Of a stretch of DNA of 64,000 bases, positions 46,198-56,795 are shown piece by piece; position 1 is the first letter of the stretch, and each line of letters starts with the position of its first letter. The notes beneath the pieces were generated by a model, which ran no database searches, was not told the DNA's origin, and was given only the letters and a program-made list of their open reading frames with translations. A program made the position numbers and the translations under genes. Source of the stretch: a virus (taxonomy: Duplodnaviria; Caudoviricetes); IMG/VR virus record IMGVR_UViG_3300025087_000034, one strand, 5' to 3'.

Positions 46198-49100
46198 ATG
46201 GCTAACTTGACTAGGGTAGCCAGCAATGTTTGTATTTATTGGTTGACCCATGAAAATAGCCCTTCTGTAGTTTTAGAGGGTAGCCCTGGTCGTTGTCATG
46301 CCTATACCTATTTTTCCCCTGCCAGAATTTCTTGCTATAATAAGGGTAAATGTAATGGGTCGGGCACTTGTAGAAATTGTTCTGCATATGACGTCGGCGG
46401 GCTAAAAATATCTCATAAAGATACCCAACAAGTTTATACGGATCATTTTTTACAAGTTTGGAATGATGAACAAAATAAATATTTACCAGTAAGAAGTCTT
46501 ACGGCAGATGAAGCAAGTGATATTTCTCATTTTATTAATACCCTTACCCACGGGGAACAGGTTTCTTCTTCCAATTATAGTGGTTTACAAGTTCCTATAA
46601 ACTTATCTATATATAATTTAAGGGCGTCTTTTAAGAAGTGTTGTAATTGGACAACTCAACCGGTTGTTTTTGAGAAAAGTAGGGGCGGCATTCTATATGC
46701 GGTTATCTATAGTAGTTCGTTTAAAATAACAGTACCTTATTTAGCTACAAATACTAAGGGGGAGTATACTAATATAGGTAGTATAGCCTCTTTTTGTAAG
46801 TTAAGTGCTGTAACTCTTCCTTGGCTAACTCCTTTTACTGAACAAAATCCATACGCTTATGGTTGTAACGGCTGTAAGCCGGAGTGTCCTTATTATACGG
46901 GGCCTCTATGGACGTATTGTAGAGATGGTAGAATGGAGTTAGGGGATAGGATTTCTGCTTCACAAGTATTAGAGCTTAGATACTATAGTGACGATTGGGC
47001 TTCTATGGAGGCTCCTAAGATTGAGTGGAATAAGAGATTTAAGAGTCCTGATATATGGGCCTGGACAGGTGGTTTTCAGGGCATAGAGGCTGGAGCGGAC
47101 ATAGATTTAGACGCTAAACCTATGGTTAAGAGGGTTCATATAGATAATTTTAGTACAAAAGAGCCCCTTATAGTTATAGACCCACCCGTAGAAACTAGTA
47201 ATGGTTTAGTCGTTAACAATTTTGTTGACGATGAAATAGTTCCCACAGTTTCTTATCCTACCCTTATACAAGAGTTGTCCGATGTAGCTAGGACTATAAA
47301 AATAGCCTGGCCAAAGGCCCCAGCTACAAGCCCCTATGTTTATAGGACATTTAGACAAGGTCAAAATATTATTCGTATATTTGTGGAGACCCCCCACTAT
47401 TCTAATGTAGTTGCTATCAATATAACAAAATACCCCCAAGGAAGCTTTTCAGATAAAGATTTTTTGGACTATATGCAGGGAAATTTTCCTGATGATGTTA
47501 TACCTTACTATTCTACCACAACTGCTAATGATCTTATATATTTTGATGTTCCTTTAGTTTACAAGGGGGGGTCTCAATTTATAGAGGCAGTTCCTGGTTT
47601 AAATGTTATAAAGGTTTTTGTTCCAGACTTAAGGGGGGAGACTGGCAAATACCTAACTGTTAGTGCTTATATAAAACATAAATTTTATCATGCTATGTTA
47701 GCTCAAACCAGAGGGGATGATTTATCTGGCCACCAAGAAATGCATCCATGGGTGGATAGGTTTGAGCATGTTGAGTTAGAGGCTAAGATTATGAAGTTGG
47801 TTAACTATCCTCGTGTGCATAAGGTATTGTGGGATACACATGCAGGAGGAAAGCTAACTACATATCAAATAGAAGAGGTTATAGAAGATGAGCTACAGGT
47901 AGATTGGGACCCTATTTACTGTAATTTGGTTGCAATAAATTTCTTAGACGGTAGGTGTAATTGTGTTACACCCTGGTTGTTGTCTGGTACTTCTACTTAT
48001 GGTGTACCATTAAGGGTCTATGTAGACAGGACGGAAAATGCTAAGGCTACAGAAGGCATTGTGCAATTAGAGGTCTATTATAAGTCATCTAATGGTCAAT
48101 ATCTACAAGGAAATGTAGTTATTGCTGGCCCTGTTAGTGGTACTAGTCTTAGTTCCAGTTTGGACCCTTTGACAGATAAGATATATGCTACGTACTCTGT
48201 TACGGAGTATAAGCAGGGCCCGGTTCTTTCACAAGATGTATCCAAGCTTAAATACCCAGATTTACTAGCTAATTATATAGATGAAATGCCTATAGAGGTT
48301 TCATATAACGAGGAGGGAGATACCTTTTCTGTTTCTGGTACATTTGTGAAGCTTTCTGGTCCAAACTCTTTAGATAAAGTTTATAATTTAGAAGACCATA
48401 AGAATCGTGTATATAGGGAGTTAGTGGGGCAGGAGGGTATTTCTCTTTATAGTTTTAGGAACGGTGGTTTAGAGGATGGGAGTATAAAAGCCTCTAGCCA
48501 AATTTTTGAGTCAGAGGGGGCTTATTTAGAAAACTCTTACGCAGGTAATGTGTTTTCTAGTGACGGTACTCCGTTTTCTTTGTCTAGACTATGCGAAAAA
48601 TTGTCCGAAGTTAGGCTGCACGAAGGCAGCTATACGTTTACGGTTATGTTTAAGGACGAGGATGGAAGATTAATCGGTATTAAGCGCATAAGCTTGCTTG
48701 TGCAGTCTGCTTTTGCAGAGACTAGGGACGTGGAAATAAAATATAAGTGGAGCATGGCTACTAGGGAATGGCCTATAGTAGACTCGATGCTTTTATTGGC
48801 AAAATATAATGAGCCTATAATAGCGTCGTCTCCAGAGGGCAGTATTAATTATAGCCCTATGTGTGGGGACCATTCTGAAACCATGGGCAGTAGGCATTTT
48901 TTTGGTGATCCTGGCCCAATGTGGTACCCATATTCTAGGTGTTTAGACCCAAAGTATGATAACACCAGCTATACTGATGAGGTTAAATGTAAAAATTATG
49001 TAGAGGGGTTTAGTTCGCAAACCTCTGGTAAAAGGTGGTCTTACTGGGAGAGAATGAGGGGCCCTGATAAGTTCTATACTTGGAATGCTGGTGGTATATA

Positions 49101-51765
49101 TATACTTGGGTGTTTTTATAGAAGTATTAGTTATACATATGAAACTGTTGGCGAGCAAGAGTTCGTAGGGTATACAAGGATAAGATCACTACATATGAAC
49201 GGTCCCTATGCTAAGGATAGGGAGGCTTTGCATATAAATAGGCACTATATAAAAAGAAATTTAAAGGTTAGGGATGAGGTAATACAGCGGGCAGACGACC
49301 CTAATACTATTTCTTGGACAGATGAATATTCACAGTTGTTGTTTACTGACGGGGGTGTGGAGAGGGTAGGGGAGGACAGGGAAACAGCTATATGGTCGCA
49401 TATAAACGATAATGCATCTGAGGTTAGTACTACCACAGAAGATATTCAGCATCCGTTTACGCATTATTTGTTAAAAACAGTTGGTAACTATAGTTATGAT
49501 GAGGTATTTAATACGGGACTTAGGGTAAGTTTAGATGGGCTTTTTTCTGATAGGGACCTTACCTCAACTCAGCAAAGAAACCCTGTTACTGGTACTCTTA
49601 TTTATAAGCCGGGCGAGCCTATGTACACTGCTGGTTTAGAGCAGTATGACGATATTTTACCTGTATTTTCTGAGCCAAGCACTGCTTGGTCTTGGATGGA
49701 GGTGTCTAAAGACCCGGTTAGGGGCTCTCCAAGAGTGACTGGTATACGTATTTATGCTCCTAGTAGTACTGAGTGGAAACAGGATAAGACTTCTGCTACA
49801 CATTCTGACGAGGGCATACATACTTTGTATTATAGCCCCCCGGCGTTTAATGATTCTGGTGTTTTGGTTTCTTTACCTTATGTTTCTTGGGATGATGGGC
49901 CAGAAAGGCCTTTAAATTGGTACGCAGGTAGGTGGCGGGACTCTGGTACTGTGTACGAATATTCTTCGCATACAAATGTTGAAAATTTTAAGTTGTTTGG
50001 CGTTGGGTCTACCTCTACTGGTAGTAGCTTTTTAATTGATTCATCAGGCATACATCAGTGCGTGCTTGGTAACGATAACGCTGGTGTTGTGTATGGGTAT
50101 ACTTATAGGGGCGTGGGTGTAAATAGTTTGGTTTCTATATTTCAGCTTCCTAGTGTAGTAACGGATTTTATAGAGGAGGACTTGTCATCTGGGAAGAAGG
50201 TTGAATTGTTGAATTCTAAGTTTAGTAATTACACAACTAATACTATAACGATACCTTTAAAGGGTTATTTTTATGTAGATAGCGTGGATATAACCTATAA
50301 TTTTGGTCCTTATACAGACGAGCTTGGGCAGCCCATACGGTATGATATTCCTGGCATTAGTGTTATGGCTGCTATTTTGGTAACAGAAAATGGGGAGACT
50401 TCTTCTAATAGGTATGTAGAGGTCGCTAATAGGGGATACCAGAGAATAACTACCGGCGAGGTTTCTGAGGGTGAAGACGATGAAGGCACGGTTTTTACTT
50501 ATCAGGGTCTTAGTAGTAAAAAGATAGTATACCAGGTAGGTATGTTTTGCGACCATGTAGTTGTGAGTTATTCTTCTTTGGAGACTGTGGCAAGGGCTAG
50601 TATTTCTTCTTTTCGTATATGGTATAGAAAGCCTATTGAAGTTTCAGAGTCTGTATATAGCTATGAACGAAAGTTTAATTATAGTTCTGGTAACTATGGT
50701 ACACATGACTATAGAAATATGCTTTATTACTATAATCGTACTTATAGAGACTATGGTGATGATTTAGCTTATACTGTTTCTAGTAATACCTCAAGGCCGT
50801 CTGTAAAACTTACAAATAGAAATATAAAAGACGTTATATTAGAGTATGAGTTTGTTGACCCTACGTATACAAGATTTGCGTATAAGAGTGAAATAAGGCC
50901 TGAAAATAACCCGCTGGCAGCTGTAGACGTTGATGGTCTTCGTACTATTCCAGGGTCCATTAGTGTGTGTACTAAGGGTAGGACCCTTATAGCCGGTATC
51001 CATAAGAACGATTGTCCACAATATAGGGCAGATGGAAGCTTGAATACTCGTAATGTGGCGTTTAATGAAACTTCTACTTGTTCTTCTGAGGTTGGAAATA
51101 AAACATTAAACGAGGGCGTACAAGAATGCCTGTATAATGAAGCTAGAAATTTGGCTGGTAGGGGCGACATTGTAACTGTATACGATTGGTTTTGGCATCC
51201 TGATGAAGTAGAGTTCTGGGAAAATACAGTGGGTATATCTCTCGGTACATTTAATACTCAGTTAACCATGACTAGTAAGGTTGCTGAATTTAACAAGGTG
51301 TGGGAACATGAGTCGTTTGGCTGCGCTAGTGATTTGTCCGTACCATATTACGATGGGTATGTACACCCAATTGGAAAGTGGCAAGCTATGGGGCATATTT
51401 TAGAGGTTACTAGTCCATTGTTTAACGAGTCGTGCTGGGATGTCGTTGTAACAAAAGAGGGTAAGCATTTAGGGGAGAGTACTTATGGTACAAAGGAGTA
51501 TGGGTCATTGGTTGGTAAAGCTAGGTGGCCATATGAGGCGGCTAAGGATAGCGGGTATTATTTAGCGGCCGGGCTAATTATGGATAGGAGAACATACGAG
51601 GGTGGTAGTATAGGAGGGGCCGGTATATGGGGTATTGTAATAGACCACGCTAAAGCAGCGGGTAACTTGCCACAACAGAGGTCTCTGATGGCTGAATTGA
51701 ATGAGGAGGTTTATAGTGGCAGGGAAATGTCTGTTAGGGCAGATGCTCCAAGAACAGGGTTCTAG
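46198..51765 (+). CDS. Very large virion-associated protein (1855 aa) with Cys-rich N-terminal region
   Basis: Intact 5.6-kb ORF, Y/S/D/G-rich. CIYW, CHAY, CYNKGKCNGSGTCRNC, CCNW and GCNGCKPECPY occur in the first ~245 aa. Confidence 0.6.
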   Translation: MANLTRVASNVCIYWLTHENSPSVVLEGSPGRCHAYTYFSPARISCYNKGKCNGSGTCRNCSAYDVGGLKISHKDTQQVYTDHFLQVWNDEQNKYLPVRSLTADEASDISHFINTLTHGEQVSSSNYSGLQVPINLSIYNLRASFKKCCNWTTQPVVFEKSRGGILYAVIYSSSFKITVPYLATNTKGEYTNIGSIASFCKLSAVTLPWLTPFTEQNPYAYGCNGCKPECPYYTGPLWTYCRDGRMELGDRISASQVLELRYYSDDWASMEAPKIEWNKRFKSPDIWAWTGGFQGIEAGADIDLDAKPMVKRVHIDNFSTKEPLIVIDPPVETSNGLVVNNFVDDEIVPTVSYPTLIQELSDVARTIKIAWPKAPATSPYVYRTFRQGQNIIRIFVETPHYSNVVAINITKYPQGSFSDKDFLDYMQGNFPDDVIPYYSTTTANDLIYFDVPLVYKGGSQFIEAVPGLNVIKVFVPDLRGETGKYLTVSAYIKHKFYHAMLAQTRGDDLSGHQEMHPWVDRFEHVELEAKIMKLVNYPRVHKVLWDTHAGGKLTTYQIEEVIEDELQVDWDPIYCNLVAINFLDGRCNCVTPWLLSGTSTYGVPLRVYVDRTENAKATEGIVQLEVYYKSSNGQYLQGNVVIAGPVSGTSLSSSLDPLTDKIYATYSVTEYKQGPVLSQDVSKLKYPDLLANYIDEMPIEVSYNEEGDTFSVSGTFVKLSGPNSLDKVYNLEDHKNRVYRELVGQEGISLYSFRNGGLEDGSIKASSQIFESEGAYLENSYAGNVFSSDGTPFSLSRLCEKLSEVRLHEGSYTFTVMFKDEDGRLIGIKRISLLVQSAFAETRDVEIKYKWSMATREWPIVDSMLLLAKYNEPIIASSPEGSINYSPMCGDHSETMGSRHFFGDPGPMWYPYSRCLDPKYDNTSYTDEVKCKNYVEGFSSQTSGKRWSYWERMRGPDKFYTWNAGGIYILGCFYRSISYTYETVGEQEFVGYTRIRSLHMNGPYAKDREALHINRHYIKRNLKVRDEVIQRADDPNTISWTDEYSQLLFTDGGVERVGEDRETAIWSHINDNASEVSTTTEDIQHPFTHYLLKTVGNYSYDEVFNTGLRVSLDGLFSDRDLTSTQQRNPVTGTLIYKPGEPMYTAGLEQYDDILPVFSEPSTAWSWMEVSKDPVRGSPRVTGIRIYAPSSTEWKQDKTSATHSDEGIHTLYYSPPAFNDSGVLVSLPYVSWDDGPERPLNWYAGRWRDSGTVYEYSSHTNVENFKLFGVGSTSTGSSFLIDSSGIHQCVLGNDNAGVVYGYTYRGVGVNSLVSIFQLPSVVTDFIEEDLSSGKKVELLNSKFSNYTTNTITIPLKGYFYVDSVDITYNFGPYTDELGQPIRYDIPGISVMAAILVTENGETSSNRYVEVANRGYQRITTGEVSEGEDDEGTVFTYQGLSSKKIVYQVGMFCDHVVVSYSSLETVARASISSFRIWYRKPIEVSESVYSYERKFNYSSGNYGTHDYRNMLYYYNRTYRDYGDDLAYTVSSNTSRPSVKLTNRNIKDVILEYEFVDPTYTRFAYKSEIRPENNPLAAVDVDGLRTIPGSISVCTKGRTLIAGIHKNDCPQYRADGSLNTRNVAFNETSTCSSEVGNKTLNEGVQECLYNEARNLAGRGDIVTVYDWFWHPDEVEFWENTVGISLGTFNTQLTMTSKVAEFNKVWEHESFGCASDLSVPYYDGYVHPIGKWQAMGHILEVTSPLFNESCWDVVVTKEGKHLGESTYGTKEYGSLVGKARWPYEAAKDSGYYLAAGLIMDRRTYEGGSIGGAGIWGIVIDHAKAAGNLPQQRSLMAELNEEVYSGREMSVRADAPRTGF

Positions 51766-54700
51766 TGCGAGTACTTCCAAATATAGTTAATATACTTAAA
51801 AATGCGAGTATTAGAAACTGTGTGTCGTGTATGCACGATAACAAGAAAGGCTACTCTGTTGTTTGGAATACCAACAATGATTTAAATGGTTATTCATCTG
51901 TGGGGGGTGTCGTTTCACATACTGTTTGGGACGGTGTTTATTTTGGCGTTTCTGTTTCTGGTTCTTGTTATATAGAAAGCCCAGATACTCTTGATATAAA
52001 TGGTTCATACTATACACAGTTTAAAGCAGACTATAGGGTTGATTCTGGTAACAAAATAGTATCATCGTTATCTGGTAAGGTGCAGTTTAAGACTAATAGG
52101 GAACAGTATTGGTCAGAAGAAAAGTCTCTATATTTTGATGCTTATACAGATAATGCCTATCACGAGCATGTTGTTGATATGTCTATGCATGCTAAGTGGA
52201 ATGGCACTATAACCGCTTTAAGGTTCTACCCGTTTATCGATGGTGTAAGTGGTTTAAAATTTCATTTACGTGAGTTAGGGGTAGATTCTAGTAATAGGTA
52301 TTATTGTGATACAGGTAGTAGCGATGATGTTTGTGATAAGTATTTTGAGTACTCACACCCCTGTCCTTGGACAGGCAGTCCCGGGTACGCCTTAGCCAGT
52401 ACTGTAACGGGCACACTAACTATATACGAAGGTGTGAATGATACCTTATTGGTTGACATAGATGACTATGGATATCACTCTGTTAAAATAGGATCTGGGG
52501 TTAATAGGGAACTTAGTAGTATAGCTTGCGATATAGAGGAGAAGTTGAACTTAATTGGTGTTGGTGGGTACGCATATGCTAGGTGTTATGTAGATGAAAG
52601 CAGGTTAATAGTAGAGTCTGATTGGCGGAATAGTTCTTCTAGGGTAGTAATAGGTGTTCCAGAAGAGGGCTCTGCTTGTGTCGTCCTAGGTTTTTTTGGT
52701 GCCACAGGCGCTCCTTTATATACTAGTTTTTATGGTACAGATAAGGCTAGTGGGTACGAGGCTCCTTCTGTCCTAGTCTCTCCGTCCTCTTTGTCTTATT
52801 TAAAAAGCGCGGATAGGTCTAGTGCCGAAAGTTCTTTTAGTATTACTGGAAATGACTATTCTGTTTATGGGGGGAATAAGGATTATAAAAATTTTTCGCG
52901 CGACACAAAAATAATCTTTAGAAATCAAACTATAATAGACTACTGTAATCCTATAATAAGAACAGGAAAATTAAAGTTTTTAGGGTACAGTGGGGATAGG
53001 TATAACAATACAGAATTAAGAATATATAGAGAAAAAGTTGACGGTTCAATTTCTTTAGTAGGAAGTGTTTCTGTTCCTAGCTCTGCTGATGAGCTTGATA
53101 GGGTTTTTGAACTTGATATAGACCTTGACGTAAAGAAGGGTGACTTGGTTTCTTTATATAGTGCGGGTTTGCATTTAGGGGCAGAGACAGAAAAAGGGGA
53201 CTTTTCGTACTATCTTTATGATTATGACCTAGGAAGCCTTAACGAACACGTGGAGTATTTATCTGGAGCAGGGGAGGCGGGGCTACCCTTATATGTCAGG
53301 GGGTCTAGAGTAGCCTCTGAGGCTGTTATAGACATCATTTTTGATGAGGTTTTACCTGTGGAGTCTCTGGTTGTGTCTGCGGAGCACGAAGGCGTGTCTG
53401 AAGATATAAACCTGTGCACCTTGAGGGCAGGTGGTAACAATGGGGGGCCTTATTTAACTGGCTATACTGGTTTAGACATAGAGGGCAACCAGGCCCCCAC
53501 TTTAGTTAATATTGATTCTATAATAGACGGGGTTAAGCAGGACGTTAATACTGTTTCCACTTATTGTTACCCAGGCTGGCTAGATTTAGGACTTCCTGCC
53601 CAGGAAGATTATTATTATACTCCTTTTAGTGTGGCCATAGATTTCATTAAGGGTATAGATGTATTTTTTGATGTTTATAAGATAAAGCTTTATTTTGTAG
53701 ATAAGAAAAACATAAAGAGCTTTAGAATAGAGGTACCCTTTAGTTTTGATGCTAATGATGAAAACAAAATATGGGGGATAGGGTTTCCTACTTATAATGA
53801 AGTCTATACAGAGCTTGGGTTGATGGATAGTGAATATATCTATCTCTATAATAATCCAGCTATATTAGTTGCAAATGATTATCAGGTAGCTTACTCGCAT
53901 CTTGATTATAGGTATTTAGAGTTAGTTTTGGAGCCATATAAAACGAAGGCGATTCGCTATAATGCTTCTTTAGAGGGGTATTTTGTAGAGGACCCCCTAC
54001 AGTTAGACTACTCTGGTTTTCCTATAGCGCCAAGCCCAAAAATTCAAGAAATAGAAGTATATGCCAAGTCTATACCTGAGAATAGCATATCATCATATTT
54101 TAGTGTAGAGACCTCTAAAGATGGCACCATATATTTGGGGCATAATGACATAGACACAGTGTCTTCAACACGGGCTTCTTATACTGTGGGTAGGCCAACA
54201 AGATATTTAAGATTAAATATAAAGGCGAAAACACCCCTTAAGGTTTTTGATATTTATGGTATCTTAAGTGAGGGTCTTGTTGAACTTAATTCTAACAATT
54301 CACATTGTTTGAGTTTAAACCCGCCCCTAGATTTACCTGGGTCTTCTGTAGAAAAGGTAACTGTAACCAATGACAGTAGTAGTGTGTCCGATTTTTATGT
54401 AGATATATTGGAAGATAGGTCTTCAAGAGAGCTTTGTGTATTATGGAATAAGCTAGATTCAGATACTAGTGTCCAATATAGCGAGATTGGGCCGGGGGGT
54501 ATTGTTCATCGTAGACAGCCTTTTTATCTTAGAGCATATAACTATGCTTATAGGTGTCCAGGATATTTTTTGGATAAGTATTTTTTACGTGATACTAACT
54601 CTTATCTTAGCCAGGATGGAGGGCTTTCTTGGTCTAATATTGGTACTATTGTAACTGATGGCCAGAACTCTACTTATATAACAAATGAATACGAGTTGTA

Positions 54701-56795
54701 TCATCAGTATAACACCATGTATGTGGCGATTCCTCTAGGGGATAGGTATAATGTAAGCGGTGTTTCTTTTGAGGCCCCTGTTGATGCACCTGTTTTTGAC
54801 GGTTCTGTTTTATACTCTGATTTAGATACTACTAATCCAGGCTCTATACCATTTGAGGTCGGTGTACCACATGCTTGGTCTGTTTCTTATTCTGTTTCTG
54901 CTAGGTGGGTTTTAGTTCAGGTTGTTGGTACATATATAGGAAATCCAAACGCTAAATATTTATCTAACGTTGGTGTTTCTCTTAATTTGTCTAGTATAAC
55001 AAATAGGGGAAAGCTTCCTTGGGTTTCCGCCGGCGGGTATCTTACAAATGGGGTGTCAGGGTATGTAGGGGACGAAGGTGAGGTTGCCGAGGGGTGGATA
55101 AGCGATGGAGAGGCAGAATACTTTTGTGTGGACCTGCAATGGTTTCATAATGTTTCTAATGTTATTGTCGGTCCGTTTGGTGCCCTAATTAGTAGCGTTG
55201 ATGATATCGATTCTGTGGTCGCGGGTGAGTGGCCTAGTATTGTAGACGAGAACGGTACCGGTATAAACGTTGCATACTCCTCGTCCCCTGTTAATGAGCC
55301 TAGCAAGGTTACCTGGGGTTCTTTTGGCGGGGCTCCTCCTATGGATACTAAGTGGGTGTTGGTTAAGACTGCTACCAGAGTGGAGGAGATTATTGTCCAT
55401 GTAAATAGCAACGACCAGGGTACAAAGAAGCCTTTTCTTAATAGCTCTTGGTGTAGTTGTACTACGTTGGTTCCTTACACAGATGTTGTGAATACTCGTT
55501 CCAATGGTGTATCTGTGGGGGTTGTGTGTCCAGGGGGCCATGGACTTATGGAAACCTTTAGTTTGAAACAAAGTTTTGGCATAGACGCGGAATTATCCCC
55601 TAGGGATTCCCTAGTCTTTTGGTTCTATGTTTCAGATGTTTCTGAACTGGATTTTTCTGTTGGGTACTTTAGGGTTGGTAGGTCTGTTACACAGGATAAT
55701 AGCCCTATAGATATAAACTTAACTTCCGACACTAATTCTTATTATGAGTGGCCTTTGTCTTTATTGGGGAGTTCTTTGTTAGACGGGTGGAATGTTGTTA
55801 ACTTACCATTTTCTGATAACTACAGGGTTGGGGACCTATACTTTACTAGGGATGACAGGGCCAGGTCTGGGTATACAAATAAAAGGGACAGAATAATCTA
55901 TATAGACTTAGTTTTTTCTGGTGTTTCTGACAACGATGAATTTACAATTCTGTTTGATGACTTTAGAATTGCTAGGAGGTATTATTCTAGCGGGGAATTT
56001 GGGTATGGGGTGTATATTCCGTATCAAGAGCACATAAAGTTTCCGTTGGGAGATTTTGACCCAACAAAAGGTACCATAGAGTTTTATTTGAAGTCAGATT
56101 GGAATCGTACTGTTTTGTGTAACTCGTGTGATTCTCCTGTTGACCATTCTCTGCTTAGAGTTTTTAGTTCTGAAGATTCTTCACTGTTTTTTCTATATGC
56201 TTCACAGGACGGGCTTTGTTTTTATGTGACAGACGGATCCAGGGAGTTTGTGTTGTCTGACAATTCTTTGAATGGGTTTCTTTCCGATACTCCTGTTCAT
56301 ATTGCTATAGTGTGGGACTTTGGTAGTAGGTACGGTAATATAGCTTCTGGTATTTATGTTAATAATATTCTTAACACTTATTTAAATTATTCTTATTTAT
56401 ATACTGTGGGTGAGTTGCCTATATTTTCGCAGAGGTCGTCTTATAGTTTGATTCTTGGTGGTCGTGGCACAGAAATGTTGGTTTCTTCTATGGGGTCTTC
56501 TGCAGACTCTGTTTTTGAGAACATAAAGGTTTATAACTACCCTATTTTTGACCATTCTTATTCTATGTCTAACCAGGGGGTTCTTATACCTAAAAGATCA
56601 CATGAGTTAGTGGAAGTTTCTCTAGACGGGGTAAATTTTATGGATTATTCAGATAGAGGGAATGGAATTCCTTTGGTTGTAGAAAACGTCAGTGTGGGTT
56701 CTTCTTTTGATGTTTTTGTTAGGGCTAAGGATATAAGTTTGACTAGAGAAAAACAATTTAATAGAAAAAGTACCCTTTCAATTTCGAGGTCTTAG
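51765..56795 (+). CDS. Very large tail/adhesion protein (1676 aa) with N-terminal carbohydrate-binding-like domain and C-terminal LamG/ConA-like domain
   Basis: QFKT...WSEEKSLYF...YHEHVVDM....WNGTITALRFYP at ~51990-52280. FDPTKGTIEFYLKSDW...PVHIAIVWD...GIYVN...VFENIKVYN at ~56030-56550. GTG start overlaps the upstream TAG. Confidence 0.6.
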   Translation: MRVLPNIVNILKNASIRNCVSCMHDNKKGYSVVWNTNNDLNGYSSVGGVVSHTVWDGVYFGVSVSGSCYIESPDTLDINGSYYTQFKADYRVDSGNKIVSSLSGKVQFKTNREQYWSEEKSLYFDAYTDNAYHEHVVDMSMHAKWNGTITALRFYPFIDGVSGLKFHLRELGVDSSNRYYCDTGSSDDVCDKYFEYSHPCPWTGSPGYALASTVTGTLTIYEGVNDTLLVDIDDYGYHSVKIGSGVNRELSSIACDIEEKLNLIGVGGYAYARCYVDESRLIVESDWRNSSSRVVIGVPEEGSACVVLGFFGATGAPLYTSFYGTDKASGYEAPSVLVSPSSLSYLKSADRSSAESSFSITGNDYSVYGGNKDYKNFSRDTKIIFRNQTIIDYCNPIIRTGKLKFLGYSGDRYNNTELRIYREKVDGSISLVGSVSVPSSADELDRVFELDIDLDVKKGDLVSLYSAGLHLGAETEKGDFSYYLYDYDLGSLNEHVEYLSGAGEAGLPLYVRGSRVASEAVIDIIFDEVLPVESLVVSAEHEGVSEDINLCTLRAGGNNGGPYLTGYTGLDIEGNQAPTLVNIDSIIDGVKQDVNTVSTYCYPGWLDLGLPAQEDYYYTPFSVAIDFIKGIDVFFDVYKIKLYFVDKKNIKSFRIEVPFSFDANDENKIWGIGFPTYNEVYTELGLMDSEYIYLYNNPAILVANDYQVAYSHLDYRYLELVLEPYKTKAIRYNASLEGYFVEDPLQLDYSGFPIAPSPKIQEIEVYAKSIPENSISSYFSVETSKDGTIYLGHNDIDTVSSTRASYTVGRPTRYLRLNIKAKTPLKVFDIYGILSEGLVELNSNNSHCLSLNPPLDLPGSSVEKVTVTNDSSSVSDFYVDILEDRSSRELCVLWNKLDSDTSVQYSEIGPGGIVHRRQPFYLRAYNYAYRCPGYFLDKYFLRDTNSYLSQDGGLSWSNIGTIVTDGQNSTYITNEYELYHQYNTMYVAIPLGDRYNVSGVSFEAPVDAPVFDGSVLYSDLDTTNPGSIPFEVGVPHAWSVSYSVSARWVLVQVVGTYIGNPNAKYLSNVGVSLNLSSITNRGKLPWVSAGGYLTNGVSGYVGDEGEVAEGWISDGEAEYFCVDLQWFHNVSNVIVGPFGALISSVDDIDSVVAGEWPSIVDENGTGINVAYSSSPVNEPSKVTWGSFGGAPPMDTKWVLVKTATRVEEIIVHVNSNDQGTKKPFLNSSWCSCTTLVPYTDVVNTRSNGVSVGVVCPGGHGLMETFSLKQSFGIDAELSPRDSLVFWFYVSDVSELDFSVGYFRVGRSVTQDNSPIDINLTSDTNSYYEWPLSLLGSSLLDGWNVVNLPFSDNYRVGDLYFTRDDRARSGYTNKRDRIIYIDLVFSGVSDNDEFTILFDDFRIARRYYSSGEFGYGVYIPYQEHIKFPLGDFDPTKGTIEFYLKSDWNRTVLCNSCDSPVDHSLLRVFSSEDSSLFFLYASQDGLCFYVTDGSREFVLSDNSLNGFLSDTPVHIAIVWDFGSRYGNIASGIYVNNILNTYLNYSYLYTVGELPIFSQRSSYSLILGGRGTEMLVSSMGSSADSVFENIKVYNYPIFDHSYSMSNQGVLIPKRSHELVEVSLDGVNFMDYSDRGNGIPLVVENVSVGSSFDVFVRAKDISLTREKQFNRKSTLSISRS

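Noticed and set aside
46195-46200. TAG immediately followed by in-frame ATG, suggesting amber readthrough or a TAG-recoded genetic code
   Set aside because: Multi-kilobase ORFs contain no internal TAG, and TAG stops fall at gene junctions. The same stop-then-ATG abutment also occurs with TAA (20793-20798, 25040-25045). The standard code explains the window.
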